A stretch of 64,000 nucleotides of DNA, from the NCBI GenBank assembly GCA_903831295.1, contig CAIKXA010000097.1:984-64983 (forward strand). Reading direction: 5' to 3'. The notes below the pieces were generated by a model. That model had not been told where the DNA came from, made no database searches, and saw only the letters and a program-made list of their open reading frames with translations. Both the position numbers and the translations under genes were made by a program. This document shows, one piece after another, positions 42,827-53,349 of this stretch (positions are counted from its first letter, which is position 1; each line of letters opens with the position of its first letter). The stretch comes from an uncultured bacterium. Lineage in GTDB: Bacteria; Planctomycetota; Phycisphaerae; Phycisphaerales; SM1A02.

Positions 42827-45355
42827 TTACGCGACTGTTGGGGTTGCCGGCGGCGGAACTTCCGCTGGCTTTTGCGCCCTGAATGCCAAGTGCTCCTTCT
42901 CGCCCTCACGGGTGACAAAGATCACATCGCCTGCGGCGAACTCGCCACTGAGCAGATTCTCCGCGAGCGGATCCTCAACAAATTGCGACAGAGATCGACG
43001 CAATGGACGCGCGCCAAAGTCTGGGTTGTAACCCTTGTCAATCAAGAAGTCCTTGGCCTTCTGATCAATCTCAAGAGCCATTCCCTTTTCGGTAAGGCGC
43101 TTGCGCAACTTGCTCAACTCAAACTCAATAATTTGGTTCAAGTCGTCCTTGATGAGAGGACGGAACACGATCATGTCATCCAAACGATTCACAAACTCAG
43201 GACGGAAGAAACGCTCCACTTCGCTGGTGAGCGACTTCTTCATCTTCTCATAGTCCTGAACCTCGGCGCGCTTGGTGAAACCAAACGCCGTGCCGCCCTT
43301 GATCACATCGGCGCCCAGATTGCTGGTCATGATGATGATGCAATTACGGAAGTCCACATGGCGACCGAATGAATCCGTGAGACGGCCTTCCTCCATGATT
43401 TGCAGAAGCATGTTGAACACATCGGGATGCGCCTTCTCAACTTCGTCAAGCAACACAACCGCGTATGGACGTCGGCGAATCCGCTCCGTAAGTTGACCAC
43501 CTTCTTCAAAGCCCACATATCCTGGAGGCGCGCCAATCAAGCGAGAAACGTTGTGTTTCTCCATGTATTCGCTCATATCCAAGGTGAACAACGCGTCTTG
43601 ATCGCCAAACATAAAGTCGGCGATGGCTTTGGCCAACAGTGTTTTACCAACGCCGGTTGGTCCAAGGAACAAGAATGAACCCATTGGACGCTTTGGATCT
43701 TTCAAACCAGAGCGGCTTTTGCGAATCGCGCGAGCCACAGTCTTGACAGCTTCTTCTTGGCCCACGACGGTCTTGTGAAGTTCCGCCTCCAGTTGAAGCA
43801 ATCGCTTGCTTTCTTCCTTGGCCAAACGCGTCAATGGAACGCCCGTCATTTTGCTGACAACTTCCGCGATCATTTCCTCGTCCACGGTTCCCGTGGTCTC
43901 GTTCATGCGGTCGCGCCAACCTTGTTGCAACTTCTCCTTTTCCTTGCGAAGTTTCTCGGCTTGATCGCGCAAGTCCGCGGCTTTTTCGTAGTCCGCGTTC
44001 TTCACGGCGTCATCCTTGTCAATGCTCAAGCGCTCAATGCGAGTCTCTAGATCCGCAAGATCAGGCGGCTTGGCCATGGTCTTCAAGCGCAGACGCGCGC
44101 CAGCTTCGTCAATGACATCGATGCTTTTGTCTGGTTGAACGCGGCCGGGAATGTAGCGACCCGACAATTCAACGGCTGCGCGCAACGCTTGATCTGTATA
44201 GACCACGCGGTGATGCGTGGCGTATTTTTCCTGCAAACCCTTGAGAATTTCGTAGGCTTGTTCTGGTCCTGGTGGCTCAACGGCGATCGATTGGAAGCGG
44301 CGTTCCAGGGCCGCGTCTTTCTCAATGTATTTGCGATATTCATCGAAGGTGGTCGCGCCAATGCACTGGATTTCGCCGCGAGAAAGCGCTGGCTTGAGCA
44401 CATTGCTCGCGTCAATCGCGCCCTCGGCGCCGCCCGCGCCAACCAACGTGTGCAACTCGTCAATGAACAAAATAATGTTCTTGGCGCGTCGAACTTCGTT
44501 CATGACGGCCTTGATGCGCTCCTCAAATTGGCCGCGGTACTTGGTTCCAGCAACCATCATCGCCAAGTCAAGCACAACAAGTCGCTTGTCATGCAAAAGG
44601 TCGGGCACTTCTTGCGAAATAATTTGCTGCGCAAGACCTTCAACAATCGCGGTCTTTCCAACGCCAGCTTCTCCAAGAAGAACGGGATTGTTTTTGGTGC
44701 GTCGACACAACACTTGAACCAATCTTTCAATTTCACTGAAGCGGCCAATCACCGGATCAAGTTCGCCAGCGCGCGCGAGCTCGGTGAGATCGCGGCCGAA
44801 TGAATCCAAAGCTGGAGTCTTGCTCTTGCCACGTCGACCTGTCGCCGCGGGCGCATCACCCGCGCCAGGCTCCGCAGCCGTCTCCGCTTGCTGCGGATTT
44901 TCCTGCTCGCTCTCGCCGCCCGCGCCAAGCAAATTCAGCACTTCTTCGCGGACTTCCTCCAGTTTCATGCCAAGGTTCAACAGCACTTGCGCGGCCACGC
45001 CATCTTGTTCGCGCAGCAGACCAAGGAGCAGATGCTCGGTGCCGACATAATTATGGTTCAGATTGCGCGCTTCCTCAATCGCGTACTCGATCACCTTCTT
45101 GGCGCGCGGAGTTTGCGGAAGCTTGCCCATGGTCACCATCTCTGGACCACTCTTGACCAACTTCTCAACTTCAAGACGAACCTTGCGCAGATCAATGCCA
45201 AGATTTTTTAACACATTGGCGCCAACACCCGAACCTTCTTTGACAAGGCCAAGAAGAATGTGTTCAGTGCCGATGTATTCATGGTTGAAGCGCTGGGCCT
45301 CTTGATTTGCGAGAGCCATCACTTTGCGAGCACGATCCGTCAAACGTTCAAACAT
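42827..45355 (-). CDS. clpC: ATP-dependent Clp protease ATP-binding subunit ClpC (class I AAA+, double Clp-N, UVR linker)
   Basis: '[37 protein letters not shown]'. Two Walker A motifs ([16 protein letters not shown]). UVR-like '[16 protein letters not shown]'. Confidence 0.95.
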   Translation of the reverse strand: MFERLTDRARKVMALANQEAQRFNHEYIGTEHILLGLVKEGSGVGANVLKNLGIDLRKVRLEVEKLVKSGPEMVTMGKLPQTPRAKKVIEYAIEEARNLNHNYVGTEHLLLGLLREQDGVAAQVLLNLGMKLEEVREEVLNLLGAGGESEQENPQQAETAAEPGAGDAPAATGRRGKSKTPALDSFGRDLTELARAGELDPVIGRFSEIERLVQVLCRRTKNNPVLLGEAGVGKTAIVEGLAQQIISQEVPDLLHDKRLVVLDLAMMVAGTKYRGQFEERIKAVMNEVRRAKNIILFIDELHTLVGAGGAEGAIDASNVLKPALSRGEIQCIGATTFDEYRKYIEKDAALERRFQSIAVEPPGPEQAYEILKGLQEKYATHHRVVYTDQALRAAVELSGRYIPGRVQPDKSIDVIDEAGARLRLKTMAKPPDLADLETRIERLSIDKDDAVKNADYEKAADLRDQAEKLRKEKEKLQQGWRDRMNETTGTVDEEMIAEVVSKMTGVPLTRLAKEESKRLLQLEAELHKTVVGQEEAVKTVARAIRKSRSGLKDPKRPMGSFLFLGPTGVGKTLLAKAIADFMFGDQDALFTLDMSEYMEKHNVSRLIGAPPGYVGFEEGGQLTERIRRRPYAVVLLDEVEKAHPDVFNMLLQIMEEGRLTDSFGRHVDFRNCIIIMTSNLGADVIKGGTAFGFTKRAEVQDYEKMKKSLTSEVERFFRPEFVNRLDDMIVFRPLIKDDLNQIIEFELSKLRKRLTEKGMALEIDQKAKDFLIDKGYNPDFGARPLRRSLSQFVEDPLAENLLSGEFAAGDVIFVTREGEKEHLAFRAQKPAEVPPPATPTVA

Positions 45356-45434
45356 CGAAGTCTCCTAAAAATGGTCTATAGAAAAGCGGAATTGACCTTC
45401 CATCGGCGATGGTAGCCGAGTACTTTGGTGGTGG

Positions 45435-46841
45435 ATGAGTAGATTTGCACAATTCTTGATTTTGTTGGCATTTACCGCAATTTCATCAACTTCAGCTCAT
45501 GCCCAAGGCGTGGTGGAACCACCACTTCCGTGGAAGGTGAAATTGATCACGGGGGAGACTCTCAAAGGCACGATTTCCAAGTGGGATTTCGCCGGGGTTG
45601 ATGGATCATTTGGGCACGTGGCGTGGACAAGTTTCAAACCCGACGACGCCAATCGAATGTGCAAAAAGTTGATGGATTGGAGGGAAGGCTCGCAGTACAT
45701 CCAATTGGCGCGCATGTTGTTCGCATTGGACGGTGGCGACAAATTCGCCGAGGCCGCGCTGCGCGACGCGATAAAGCGCGATCGAAACCTTGATCCTGAA
45801 ATTCAAAAATTGCGCGCGGAGGTTGCCGAGCAGCGCCGCAAGATTGTTGAAGATCGGCGCATCGCCGCCGAAAAAGATTTTCAAGCCAAGGCAATTGGCG
45901 CCGACGCGGCCGTGAAAAAAGATCCAGCGCCCCGCGCACAGCCTGGGAGCGTGGTCCCCGACGCGCCCCACGCGCAGCCTGGAGGCGTGACCACCGACGC
46001 GCCTCGCGCGCAGCCGTGGAGCGTGGCCACCGATGCGCAACGCGCGGAAGCCTTGACAGACATGAAGGCCGACGCTGATCTCTGGTTAAAGCAAGTCAAT
46101 TTGCGCTATTCAGTGGTGGAGGCGAAGTACTGGGTTGTGTACGCTGATTTGCCAATTGACGAGACGAAAGATTTAGCGCGTCGCATGGACGCCATGTATC
46201 AAACTGTCGCGCAAATGTTCGCGCTTCCAGATGGATTGAATATTTTTCACGGCAAGGCGGTGGTGATTATTTCGGCCACCGAGCCGCATTACCGCGCCAT
46301 AGAAATGGCGGCCTTCAATTCAATGCCGCCGCCGGGCGCGATTGGTTTGTGCCACATGGTCGGCCCTAAAGTTGTGGTGACCGCGTATAAAAGTGATGAC
46401 GCGAATCGATTCATGGCAACTTTGGTGCATGAGGCGTCGCATGGATTCATGCATCGATATGGTTCGCCTTCGCGACTTCCTTCGTGGGCCGATGAGGGCT
46501 ACGCGGAATATGTGGCCGCGGAAAGTTTTCCAAATTCAACCACCAAGGGCGATCGCAAACCACAAGGGTTGCAATGGATTCGAAGTGGAACCAACGATGT
46601 TCAGAATGTGCTTCGAATGAATTACGAGGATGGTTCATGGCCCGGTCCCGACGCCATTGGATATGCGATTGGCTATCTCGCCGTGGATTATTTGGTGCAG
46701 ACAAATCGCAAAGGGTTTGGAGAGTGGGTGAAGGATGTGAAAGGGGGTCTTTCTTGGGAAGAAGCCCTGCAAAAACGTTTTGGCTGGAGCGCGGCGCAGT
46801 TGGCGCAGGCAGTGAAGGTGCGCTATCGGGCGCGTGATTAA
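45435..46841 (+). CDS. Secreted putative zinc metallopeptidase (HExxH) with an internal 12-aa tandem repeat; possibly DUF1570-like
   Basis: Signal peptide 'FLILLAFTAISSTSAHA'. 'LVHEASHGFMH' is the HExxH motif. The repeat reads 'APRAQPGSVVPD / APHAQPGGVTTD / APRAQPWSVATD'. Confidence 0.62.
   Translation: MSRFAQFLILLAFTAISSTSAHAQGVVEPPLPWKVKLITGETLKGTISKWDFAGVDGSFGHVAWTSFKPDDANRMCKKLMDWREGSQYIQLARMLFALDGGDKFAEAALRDAIKRDRNLDPEIQKLRAEVAEQRRKIVEDRRIAAEKDFQAKAIGADAAVKKDPAPRAQPGSVVPDAPHAQPGGVTTDAPRAQPWSVATDAQRAEALTDMKADADLWLKQVNLRYSVVEAKYWVVYADLPIDETKDLARRMDAMYQTVAQMFALPDGLNIFHGKAVVIISATEPHYRAIEMAAFNSMPPPGAIGLCHMVGPKVVVTAYKSDDANRFMATLVHEASHGFMHRYGSPSRLPSWADEGYAEYVAAESFPNSTTKGDRKPQGLQWIRSGTNDVQNVLRMNYEDGSWPGPDAIGYAIGYLAVDYLVQTNRKGFGEWVKDVKGGLSWEEALQKRFGWSAAQLAQAVKVRYRARD
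45927..46046 (+). repeat. 36-bp in-frame tandem repeat, about 3.3 copies
   Basis: Read directly: gcgccccgcgcacagcctgggagcgtggtccccgac / gcgccccacgcgcagcctggaggcgtgaccaccgac / gcgcctcgcgcgcagccgtggagcgtggccaccgat / gcgcaacgcgcg. Confidence 0.85.
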
Positions 46842-46853
46842 ATTTGAACTGCG

Positions 46854-47549
46854 CTAGCCCGCGACGCAGCCATCGACCAATTTTACAACGCGGTCGGCGC
46901 GCGCGGCGACCGCGGGATCATGCGTGACCATTGCAATGGATAAACCTTTGCGATGCTTGGCGGCGATCAAGTCAAGAATTTCGCCGCCGGTTTTTGTATC
47001 AAGATTTCCAGTTGGTTCATCTGCCAGAAGCACGCGTGGTTGATTGGCCAGCGCGCGCGCGATGGCCACGCGTTGGCGCTCGCCACCAGAAAGTTCCGCG
47101 GGTCGATGCGTGAGCCGATGCGACAAGCCAAACGCGTCGAGCAATTCGGTGGCGTGCTTTTGCGCTTGCGCGCGCTGGCTCCACCAACTCATGCCAGCGT
47201 TGACCATGTTGGGCAAAAGCGCGTTCTCTAAAACAGAAAGTTCAGGAAGCAAATGATAAAACTGAAACACAAATCCCACGCTTTGATTTCGATAGGAGTT
47301 GCGCGCGGAAAACTTCAAGTCGGCCACTGGATTGCCATCAAACCACACGCCGCCGGAATCCGCGTCGCACTCGTCAAGCAAACCAAGCAAGTGCAAAAGC
47401 GTGCTTTTTCCGCTGCCAGACGAGCCAAGTATGGCAACCCACTCGCCTTGGGCCAGCGTGAAACTGGCGCCGCGAAGCACGGGCACTTTCACGCGTCCAA
47501 GCGTGTAGGTCTTGCGTAAATTTTTGGCTTCAAGCAGAAACTTACTCAT
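46854..47549 (-). CDS. lolD: ABC transporter ATP-binding protein, LolD/MacB-like
   Basis: 'GSSGSGKSTLLHLLG', 'LSGGERQRVAIARAL' and 'LLADEPTGNLD'. I prefer the ATG at 47549 (MSKFLLEAKNL...), which overlaps the permease stop by 8 nt. Confidence 0.87.
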   Translation of the reverse strand: MSKFLLEAKNLRKTYTLGRVKVPVLRGASFTLAQGEWVAILGSSGSGKSTLLHLLGLLDECDADSGGVWFDGNPVADLKFSARNSYRNQSVGFVFQFYHLLPELSVLENALLPNMVNAGMSWWSQRAQAQKHATELLDAFGLSHRLTHRPAELSGGERQRVAIARALANQPRVLLADEPTGNLDTKTGGEILDLIAAKHRKGLSIAMVTHDPAVAARADRVVKLVDGCVAG

Positions 47550-49230
47550 AGCGCAACGCCCTGACTGGATGAATGTCCGCGGCTTTAGCGGCGGGAATGC
47601 TGGCGCCAAGCACGCTGAAAATGACCGCGCCAAACCAAGTGCTGATTGCGGTGAACCAATCCACTTGGTCTGGAATTGTTGCAAAGTAATAGACGCTTGG
47701 ATCCCAAATCAATGTGCCACGGTGCAGCATCAACCCCGCGCCAACGATGGCAAGCGTGATGCCAAGCACCAACCACAAAAGTGTGCTTAATAAAACCCCG
47801 GTCATCGCGCCGCGCACGCACATGGCCAAACTCACCAGTGCAATGCAGAAACTCGCCATGTAACTCCACGCGGGCGCGTCTTGACCAATGGTCTCGTGAA
47901 TAAAATTAATGTAATGAATCACCAGCCAACCAAGTCCAACACCAAAGAGTCCGCCAATGGCGCCGATGACCAATCCATATTGCAAGAAGATCCACAAAAT
48001 GCCCAGACGACTTGCGCCCACTGAGCGCAAAATTCCAACATCGCGGGTCTTCTCCTGCACGATGGCCCAGAAGATGCTTAACACCAATCCGGCGCACACC
48101 AAATACACAATGGAGAACAAAATCCGCATCATTTCCCGCTCTTTTTCAACGGGGGCGATCAGGTCGCGCAGGTGTTGCTCCCAAGTCAGAATGTTCATGG
48201 ATTCAACGTGCGGCGCCTTCACTGCTTTGGATGGATCTTGGGAAATATCGAACGCGAATTTTTCATAGGCGCCGAACACGGCGGCTTGAAGTTGATCTGG
48301 AGTCACGCCGGGCTTGGCGCGCACCAAAACCTTGTGCACTTTCGCGGGGCTTGTTCCTAGCACTGGCAAACTTCCGTCAGCGTTCGGCGGCGCTTGCATG
48401 TCGTACAAAGTGCCCGCGTCCATGCGCAATAATTTCTGCGCCTCCGAAAGTGAAATCATCACGCGGTTCTTGTCGATTTGATACACGCCACTTTTAAATT
48501 CATTCACCACTGGAAAGACGCGCTCGCGCGGTTCCGCAATTGTTCCCTTGGCGCTAATGGGAACCAACGTCAGCGTGACGGATTGGCGCGGCATGAACCA
48601 TTGATAGCGCGGGCGATAGCTGCCATCACGCATGCGCTCATTGGCAATGGAGACGTGCATGCCCAGCACAAGTCCTGGTTCTCCAGTGGCGCTCTTCATT
48701 AAATCCAAGCCGTCATTGAGAATACTTTGGCTCAGCTTCAAGCGCGGATCATCGGGCAGCATGGCCGCGGCGGCTTCTGGAGTGATGGGTGGTTTCCAGT
48801 AAAGCGCCTTGGAAAAATCGGTGACGCGGTTGAAGCTTTGCGGCTCAATTCCCCACACATTCGCGGTCACAACTTCTTTTTCACTTCCCTCTGGATACGG
48901 CATGCGCACAAGTCCGTATGTGTCAATCAGCGGCGTGGCGGCCTGGGCTTCGGGAAGTTTTTCGATGGTGTCAATGAGTTGCTCGTACCAAGGAATTCCG
49001 CGAATGGGATAGCTGATCACAACATCGCCCATGAGCGTTCGACCACTGGCGCGCAGCATGTCCAGAAATCCGCTCATCACACTTACAACAATCACCACCA
49101 ACGCCACGCACAAAGCCACCGCCGCAACAGCGATCAGCGGAATGATGCGGCTGGTGAGATATCGATTGGCGAGTTGGACTGGATACACGCGAGAGATAGT
49201 AGAGTGTTGAAGGCGCATGCGGGTGTTCAT
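47542..49230 (-). CDS. LolC/LolE-type (FtsX-domain) ABC permease with a large periplasmic loop
   Basis: N-terminal TM, a ~300-aa periplasmic domain and a C-terminal FtsX-like 3-TM bundle ('GILRSVGASRLGILWIFL'). Start taken at the ATG at 49230; 49275 is the alternative. Confidence 0.83.
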   Translation of the reverse strand: MNTRMRLQHSTISRVYPVQLANRYLTSRIIPLIAVAAVALCVALVVIVVSVMSGFLDMLRASGRTLMGDVVISYPIRGIPWYEQLIDTIEKLPEAQAATPLIDTYGLVRMPYPEGSEKEVVTANVWGIEPQSFNRVTDFSKALYWKPPITPEAAAAMLPDDPRLKLSQSILNDGLDLMKSATGEPGLVLGMHVSIANERMRDGSYRPRYQWFMPRQSVTLTLVPISAKGTIAEPRERVFPVVNEFKSGVYQIDKNRVMISLSEAQKLLRMDAGTLYDMQAPPNADGSLPVLGTSPAKVHKVLVRAKPGVTPDQLQAAVFGAYEKFAFDISQDPSKAVKAPHVESMNILTWEQHLRDLIAPVEKEREMMRILFSIVYLVCAGLVLSIFWAIVQEKTRDVGILRSVGASRLGILWIFLQYGLVIGAIGGLFGVGLGWLVIHYINFIHETIGQDAPAWSYMASFCIALVSLAMCVRGAMTGVLLSTLLWLVLGITLAIVGAGLMLHRGTLIWDPSVYYFATIPDQVDWFTAISTWFGAVIFSVLGASIPAAKAADIHPVRALRYE

Positions 49231-49294
49231 TTGGATTGTGATTTGGCTGAAATTGTGGCGGAGCAAACGCGACAACTTCGACTACTCTTGCCAA

Positions 49295-50533
49295 ATGGAT
49301 TTTCGCGTTGTGATTCTTTGGGTTTTGCTTGTGATGGCGGGCGGATGCGCCTTCTGGTGGATCACCGTGGCTATTCGAGTTGCGCGGGATTTGCCCCGAA
49401 TTCCACGAATTAGGCAAGGGTTGGCTTTCGCTTTGCCGCCAAGCGATCCGTTGGTGAGCGTGGTTATTCCAGCGCACAACGAGGAAAAACATGCGCCTGG
49501 TTGCATTGAAAGTATTTTGCGCAGCACATACGAAAACATAGAAGTGATCGTGGTGCTGGATCGATGCACCGACGCCACGCGCGCCAACTTGCAACCCATA
49601 GCCGCGCGTGATGCAAGACTGAAATTGATCGACAATAATTTCTGTCCCACAGATTGGGCGGGCAAATGCAACGCAGGCCGTGTTGGCGCGGAGCAAGCCA
49701 AGGGAACCTACGTTTTGTTCACCGACGCTGATGTGGAATTTTCTCCGCAGCTCATTCGTGCGTCCATGGGAATGTTGCATGAGCGTGGATTGCAGTTGCT
49801 TTCGCTGATGAGCACGCCGCGCATTCGCCATTGGTTTGAGGCCGTGGTTCAACCCGTGGCAGTCATGGAACTCATGCGCATGTTTCCTGTGGCGCAAGTG
49901 AATCGCGCCAAGAATCCGCGCCACTTCGCAAATGGACAATTCATGTTGTTTGAGCGCGCGGCTTATGACAAGTTAGGCGGGCACGCCGCAGTGAAAGACG
50001 ATTTGCTGGAGGACATCGCTTTTTCGGGGCGCATAAAAGACAGTGGTGGTCGAGGCGGCTTGGCCGTGGCCGATGGCATGCTCATAGTGGAAATGTACGA
50101 GAAATTAGGCGAATTTCTTCAGGGTTGGAAACGGATTTATATTGAAGGCTCGCAGCGAAAACCGTCGCGGTTGCGCCGTAGCGGAGTGATTGTTGGCGTA
50201 GGCGCCGCGTTGTTGCCACTGGGCAGTGTTATGGCATTGATCGCGGGGGCGGGTTGGAGTGGTCAATGGAATGGGGGCTCGCTTGAACCACTGGCGTCCG
50301 CCGTGATGTGGACGGGACTCCTTGGAACGCTCTCATTCTTGGCCTCCGCCGCATGGATTCACAAGCTGTGCGCCGCGCCAATGTTGGCTGCGTTCTTTCA
50401 TCCACTTGGCGGATTCTTAATCGCGCGCTGCTTCTTTGGAGCCGCGGAAGATTTGATCAATCGCACGCCGGTTCGTTGGGGCGGTCGTGAATATATTCTT
50501 GAACCCCGTATTAGGAAATTGGTGAAACAATGA
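49295..50533 (+). CDS. Glycosyltransferase family 2, membrane-associated
   Basis: 'VSVVIPAHNEE', 'IEVIVVLDRCTD' and 'FTDADVEF' (DxD), then C-terminal TM helices. I prefer the ATG at 49295, which leaves about 64 nt of divergent spacer. Confidence 0.83.
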   Translation: MDFRVVILWVLLVMAGGCAFWWITVAIRVARDLPRIPRIRQGLAFALPPSDPLVSVVIPAHNEEKHAPGCIESILRSTYENIEVIVVLDRCTDATRANLQPIAARDARLKLIDNNFCPTDWAGKCNAGRVGAEQAKGTYVLFTDADVEFSPQLIRASMGMLHERGLQLLSLMSTPRIRHWFEAVVQPVAVMELMRMFPVAQVNRAKNPRHFANGQFMLFERAAYDKLGGHAAVKDDLLEDIAFSGRIKDSGGRGGLAVADGMLIVEMYEKLGEFLQGWKRIYIEGSQRKPSRLRRSGVIVGVGAALLPLGSVMALIAGAGWSGQWNGGSLEPLASAVMWTGLLGTLSFLASAAWIHKLCAAPMLAAFFHPLGGFLIARCFFGAAEDLINRTPVRWGGREYILEPRIRKLVKQ

Positions 50534-51327
50534 AAATACTTTTGACAAATGACGATGGTTTGGACGCGCCAGGAATTTCCGCATTGCACACGGCGATCCA
50601 ATCGCTGGGTGAAGTCATGGTTGTTGCGCCAGCCAATGGCCAGAGCGCGGAAAGCCACGGCATTACTTTCCATACCCCACTCATGACGCGCCAACGCGCG
50701 TTGCTCAACGGCGCCAACGGAACCGCGGTGGTGGGCACGCCAGCGGATTGTGTGAAACTGGGTTTGCGCGCATTGTGGAAAGAAAAATACGGCCCCAATT
50801 CTCAGCCCGATGTGGTGATCAGCGGCATGAATAATGGCTCAAATGTCGGCATAAATGTGATTTATTCGGGAACCATCGCGGCCGCGGTGGAGGCGGCTTT
50901 CTTGGGCGTGCCCGCCATCGCCGTCAGCCTGCATATTGGCGATCGCAGCAAAACAAATTGGCCGCGCGCCGCCGCCATAGCGCGCTACGCCATTGATCAC
51001 GTTCTCAAGCCTGGCTTGCCGCACGCGCACCGCGTGATCAGCATCAATGTTCCCCACACTGAATCAGCTGATGCGCCAATGCCACAAATCAAACTTGTAC
51101 CGATGAACACTTCCGCGGGAATTGACGGATATGAAAAACGTATCGCACCAGATGGACAGGTGTACTACTGGTCCTCTGGAAACGGGATGGAATTTTATCA
51201 CACCGCCGAAGGCAGCGATGTGGAGGCGCTGGCCGCGCGTTGCATCACCATCACTCCATTGTTCTACGACTTGACCGACCGCATGTTGCTGGAGCGTTTG
51301 CGCAATCTTGGTGTTGCAAAAGAGTAA
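50530..51327 (+). CDS. surE: 5'/3'-nucleotidase SurE
   Basis: 'MKILLTNDDGLDAPGI', 'GMNNGSNVG' and 'YSGTIAAAVEA'. ATGA overlap with the GT2 stop. Confidence 0.93.
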   Translation: MKILLTNDDGLDAPGISALHTAIQSLGEVMVVAPANGQSAESHGITFHTPLMTRQRALLNGANGTAVVGTPADCVKLGLRALWKEKYGPNSQPDVVISGMNNGSNVGINVIYSGTIAAAVEAAFLGVPAIAVSLHIGDRSKTNWPRAAAIARYAIDHVLKPGLPHAHRVISINVPHTESADAPMPQIKLVPMNTSAGIDGYEKRIAPDGQVYYWSSGNGMEFYHTAEGSDVEALAARCITITPLFYDLTDRMLLERLRNLGVAKE

Positions 51328-51403
51328 GCCGCGCCGCGCGCATTTACTGACGCAAATTTTCACGCGGTGATGTTGCGGCGAATTTAATTTTCGCCGCCCG
51401 AAA

Positions 51404-52921
51404 TTATTTTAAGATCAAGCGAATGCGATACTTCAGGGTCTTGCCTTCGGGCAAATTCGTCAATTGACTGCCAGAAGCGCGCCAACGAAACAGACAATCA
51501 AGGATGGGTTGATCGATCAATGGCGAGCCAGAACTCTGCAAGATTTGAGTGTCTTTTGTGGGCACGCCCTCTTTGTCAAAATCAATTTCAATGATTGGAT
51601 TTGCGGGAGCGGTTGAAATTGTTGTGAGCTCGTCAAAGACAGGACGTTGCGTGCGAACGTTCAAGCCTTTGCTCGCAAGTGGGCGGCCGTTGCGCCACTT
51701 GGACTGAGGAACATCCACAATGCTTGTGGCGTCCGACTCGCGATCGGACTTCTCCCCATCCGCGGGCGGACCAGGAGTGGATCCAGGTTGCGTTGCGGGA
51801 GTTTGTTGACTTGGATTTGCGGGTGGACTCGCGGGTGATTGTTGTTGTGGCGGCGTGTTTGGAGACGGCGGTGGCGTGGCAACCGTTGGTTGCTGCGGAG
51901 TTGTTGGCTGCGCAGGTTTTGCCTCCGCTGGTTTTGCTTCAGCAGTTTTTTCTGGCGGCTTTGTGTCAGGCGGTTTCACTTCTGGCTTGGTCGCTTCAAG
52001 CGGCTTCTCATCGGTGGGTTTCACATCCGCAGGTTTCTCTGGTTGCTTTTCATCAATCGGTTTTGCATCCGTTGGTTTCGCCTCATTTGGCTTTAATTCA
52101 TTGGGTTTTTCATCCGTTGGCTTGGAATCTGGTGGCGGCATCTTCAGAGGCTCTGGCGGAACTTTGTCATCTTTTGCGTCGCCTACTTTTTCCACAGGCA
52201 GCACTTGGGTTTCAATTTTGCGTTCATCGGCAAGCGGAACCACCGCGGATGGATTCGCGACTTTAGGTGTTTCAGGCAGCGCCAATGAAACCGGCATGGG
52301 TGGCGGCGCGACAGCTTTGGTGGTGTCTGGGGCTTGCACAGGCGGCGCAGTTTCGGTTGGCGTGGGCGGCTCCGCTTGCGCAACCACGGTTGGCGTCGCA
52401 GGTTGTTGAGCGGGTGGTGTTTGAGGAGTTGGCGGTGGAGTTTGCGCCTGAGCCTGAGCCGGCGGGGAAGCTTGTTGATTTGGTTGAGCTTGCGCGGGTT
52501 GCCCTCCAGCATCCGTTTCTTTAAACGCGGCTTGCTCCACTTCGCTTTTGCGCGCGAATTGCTCTTGATAATCCTTATATCCAATCCAAGTCATGGTGGA
52601 TTTTTCGGTGCCGTCTTCAATTCCAAGTTTGAGCAATTCCTGCTCTTCTTCGGGGGAAAGTTGCTTTGGCTTCTCCATTTCTTTTTCCACGCTGAATGCC
52701 GCTTGGCGCGCTTTCTTTTCGTTGGAATATTTATCCATATAGCTGCCCACGATCAGCATGGTTGGAGCGCCCGCCAACACAACAAAGATGCCGATGAAAA
52801 ATCCAATCGCCAACGGCCAACTAAACACGCTCTCTTGTTCGAGTCGACGAAGTTGTTGATTAAGCCGAACTTCGGCGTAGATCGTGTCCCTGGAAACTGG
52901 GCTCGCGGCGGCGGGAGGCAT
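51404..52921 (-). CDS. TonB-like energy-transducer candidate: N-terminal TM, very long Pro/Lys/Glu-rich spacer, TonB_C-like C-terminal domain
   Basis: TM 'WPLAIGFFIGIFVVLAGAPTMLIV'. The spacer has 'KPTDEKPNELKPNEAKPTDAKPIDEKQPEKPADVKPTDEKP' and 'PPTPQTPPAQQPATP' runs. The C-terminus 'IIEIDFDKEGVPTKDTQILQSSGSPLIDQPILDCLFRWR' fits the TonB_C pattern. 1-nt overlap (TAATG) with the ExbD stop. Confidence 0.65.
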   Translation of the reverse strand: MPPAAASPVSRDTIYAEVRLNQQLRRLEQESVFSWPLAIGFFIGIFVVLAGAPTMLIVGSYMDKYSNEKKARQAAFSVEKEMEKPKQLSPEEEQELLKLGIEDGTEKSTMTWIGYKDYQEQFARKSEVEQAAFKETDAGGQPAQAQPNQQASPPAQAQAQTPPPTPQTPPAQQPATPTVVAQAEPPTPTETAPPVQAPDTTKAVAPPPMPVSLALPETPKVANPSAVVPLADERKIETQVLPVEKVGDAKDDKVPPEPLKMPPPDSKPTDEKPNELKPNEAKPTDAKPIDEKQPEKPADVKPTDEKPLEATKPEVKPPDTKPPEKTAEAKPAEAKPAQPTTPQQPTVATPPPSPNTPPQQQSPASPPANPSQQTPATQPGSTPGPPADGEKSDRESDATSIVDVPQSKWRNGRPLASKGLNVRTQRPVFDELTTISTAPANPIIEIDFDKEGVPTKDTQILQSSGSPLIDQPILDCLFRWRASGSQLTNLPEGKTLKYRIRLILK

Positions 52922-53346
52922 TACTGCTTGCTGGCTTTGGCGCCACCAACCAGTTGGATGTTCACGCCCTCATCTTGCAGTCGGTCCCACAAATCTTGCA
53001 AAATTGGCGCGCGGTCAGACACGCCTTGGCCATCTTCAATGGCCAAATACACAACGGTCTTTGGGTCGGCGGCTTTGGCTTCGCGCACTTTCACTTCAAC
53101 ATCTTTCATTTCAACTTCTTCCTTGTTGAAATAAATTTTGCCCGTTCGCAGCACGCTGATGGTGGCGGCTGTGGCGGGTTTCGCGGGTTTTCCGCTGGCA
53201 AATTGCTTCAAATCCATCGGCACCAAATCCACGCGCACCATCATCACAACGGCGTAAATGAAGAACGTCAACAAGAATGTCATGAGATCAATCAGTGGAT
53301 TGAGCTCAATACGGGCCTCCGGTGGATCACGGCGAATGCGGCGCAT
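52921..53346 (-). CDS. ExbD/TolR-family protein (third copy in the window, no adjacent ExbB)
   Basis: 'ELNPLIDLMTFLLTFFIY' signature. 141 aa. Confidence 0.85.
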   Translation of the reverse strand: MRRIRRDPPEARIELNPLIDLMTFLLTFFIYAVVMMVRVDLVPMDLKQFASGKPAKPATAATISVLRTGKIYFNKEEVEMKDVEVKVREAKAADPKTVVYLAIEDGQGVSDRAPILQDLWDRLQDEGVNIQLVGGAKASKQ

Positions 53347-53349
53347 GAA

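Noticed and set aside
48727-49939. ORFs at 48727-49413 (+) and 48971-49939 (-), of 228 and 322 aa, spanning the LolE/GT2 divergent region.
   Set aside because: Both overlap well-supported genes (the LolC/E permease and the GT2 glycosyltransferase) on the opposite strand. Both have His/Arg-rich nonsense-like composition.
51375-51397. The hairpin GCGGCGAA-TTTAATT-TTCGCCGC between convergent surE and the TonB-like gene, considered as a terminator.
   Set aside because: The stem is only 8 bp, and the flanking T/A-tracts are weak and interrupted on both strands. It is plausible but not strong enough to list as a feature.
51647-53134. A stack of long plus-strand ORFs (51679-52266, 51855-52409, 52334-53134 and others) opposite the TonB-like and ExbD genes.
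   Set aside because: They are antisense to a Pro/Lys/Glu-rich low-complexity coding region. Their translations are G/S/F/W/R-rich low-complexity strings with no motifs. This is a typical stop-codon-poor antisense artefact in GC-rich repetitive DNA.
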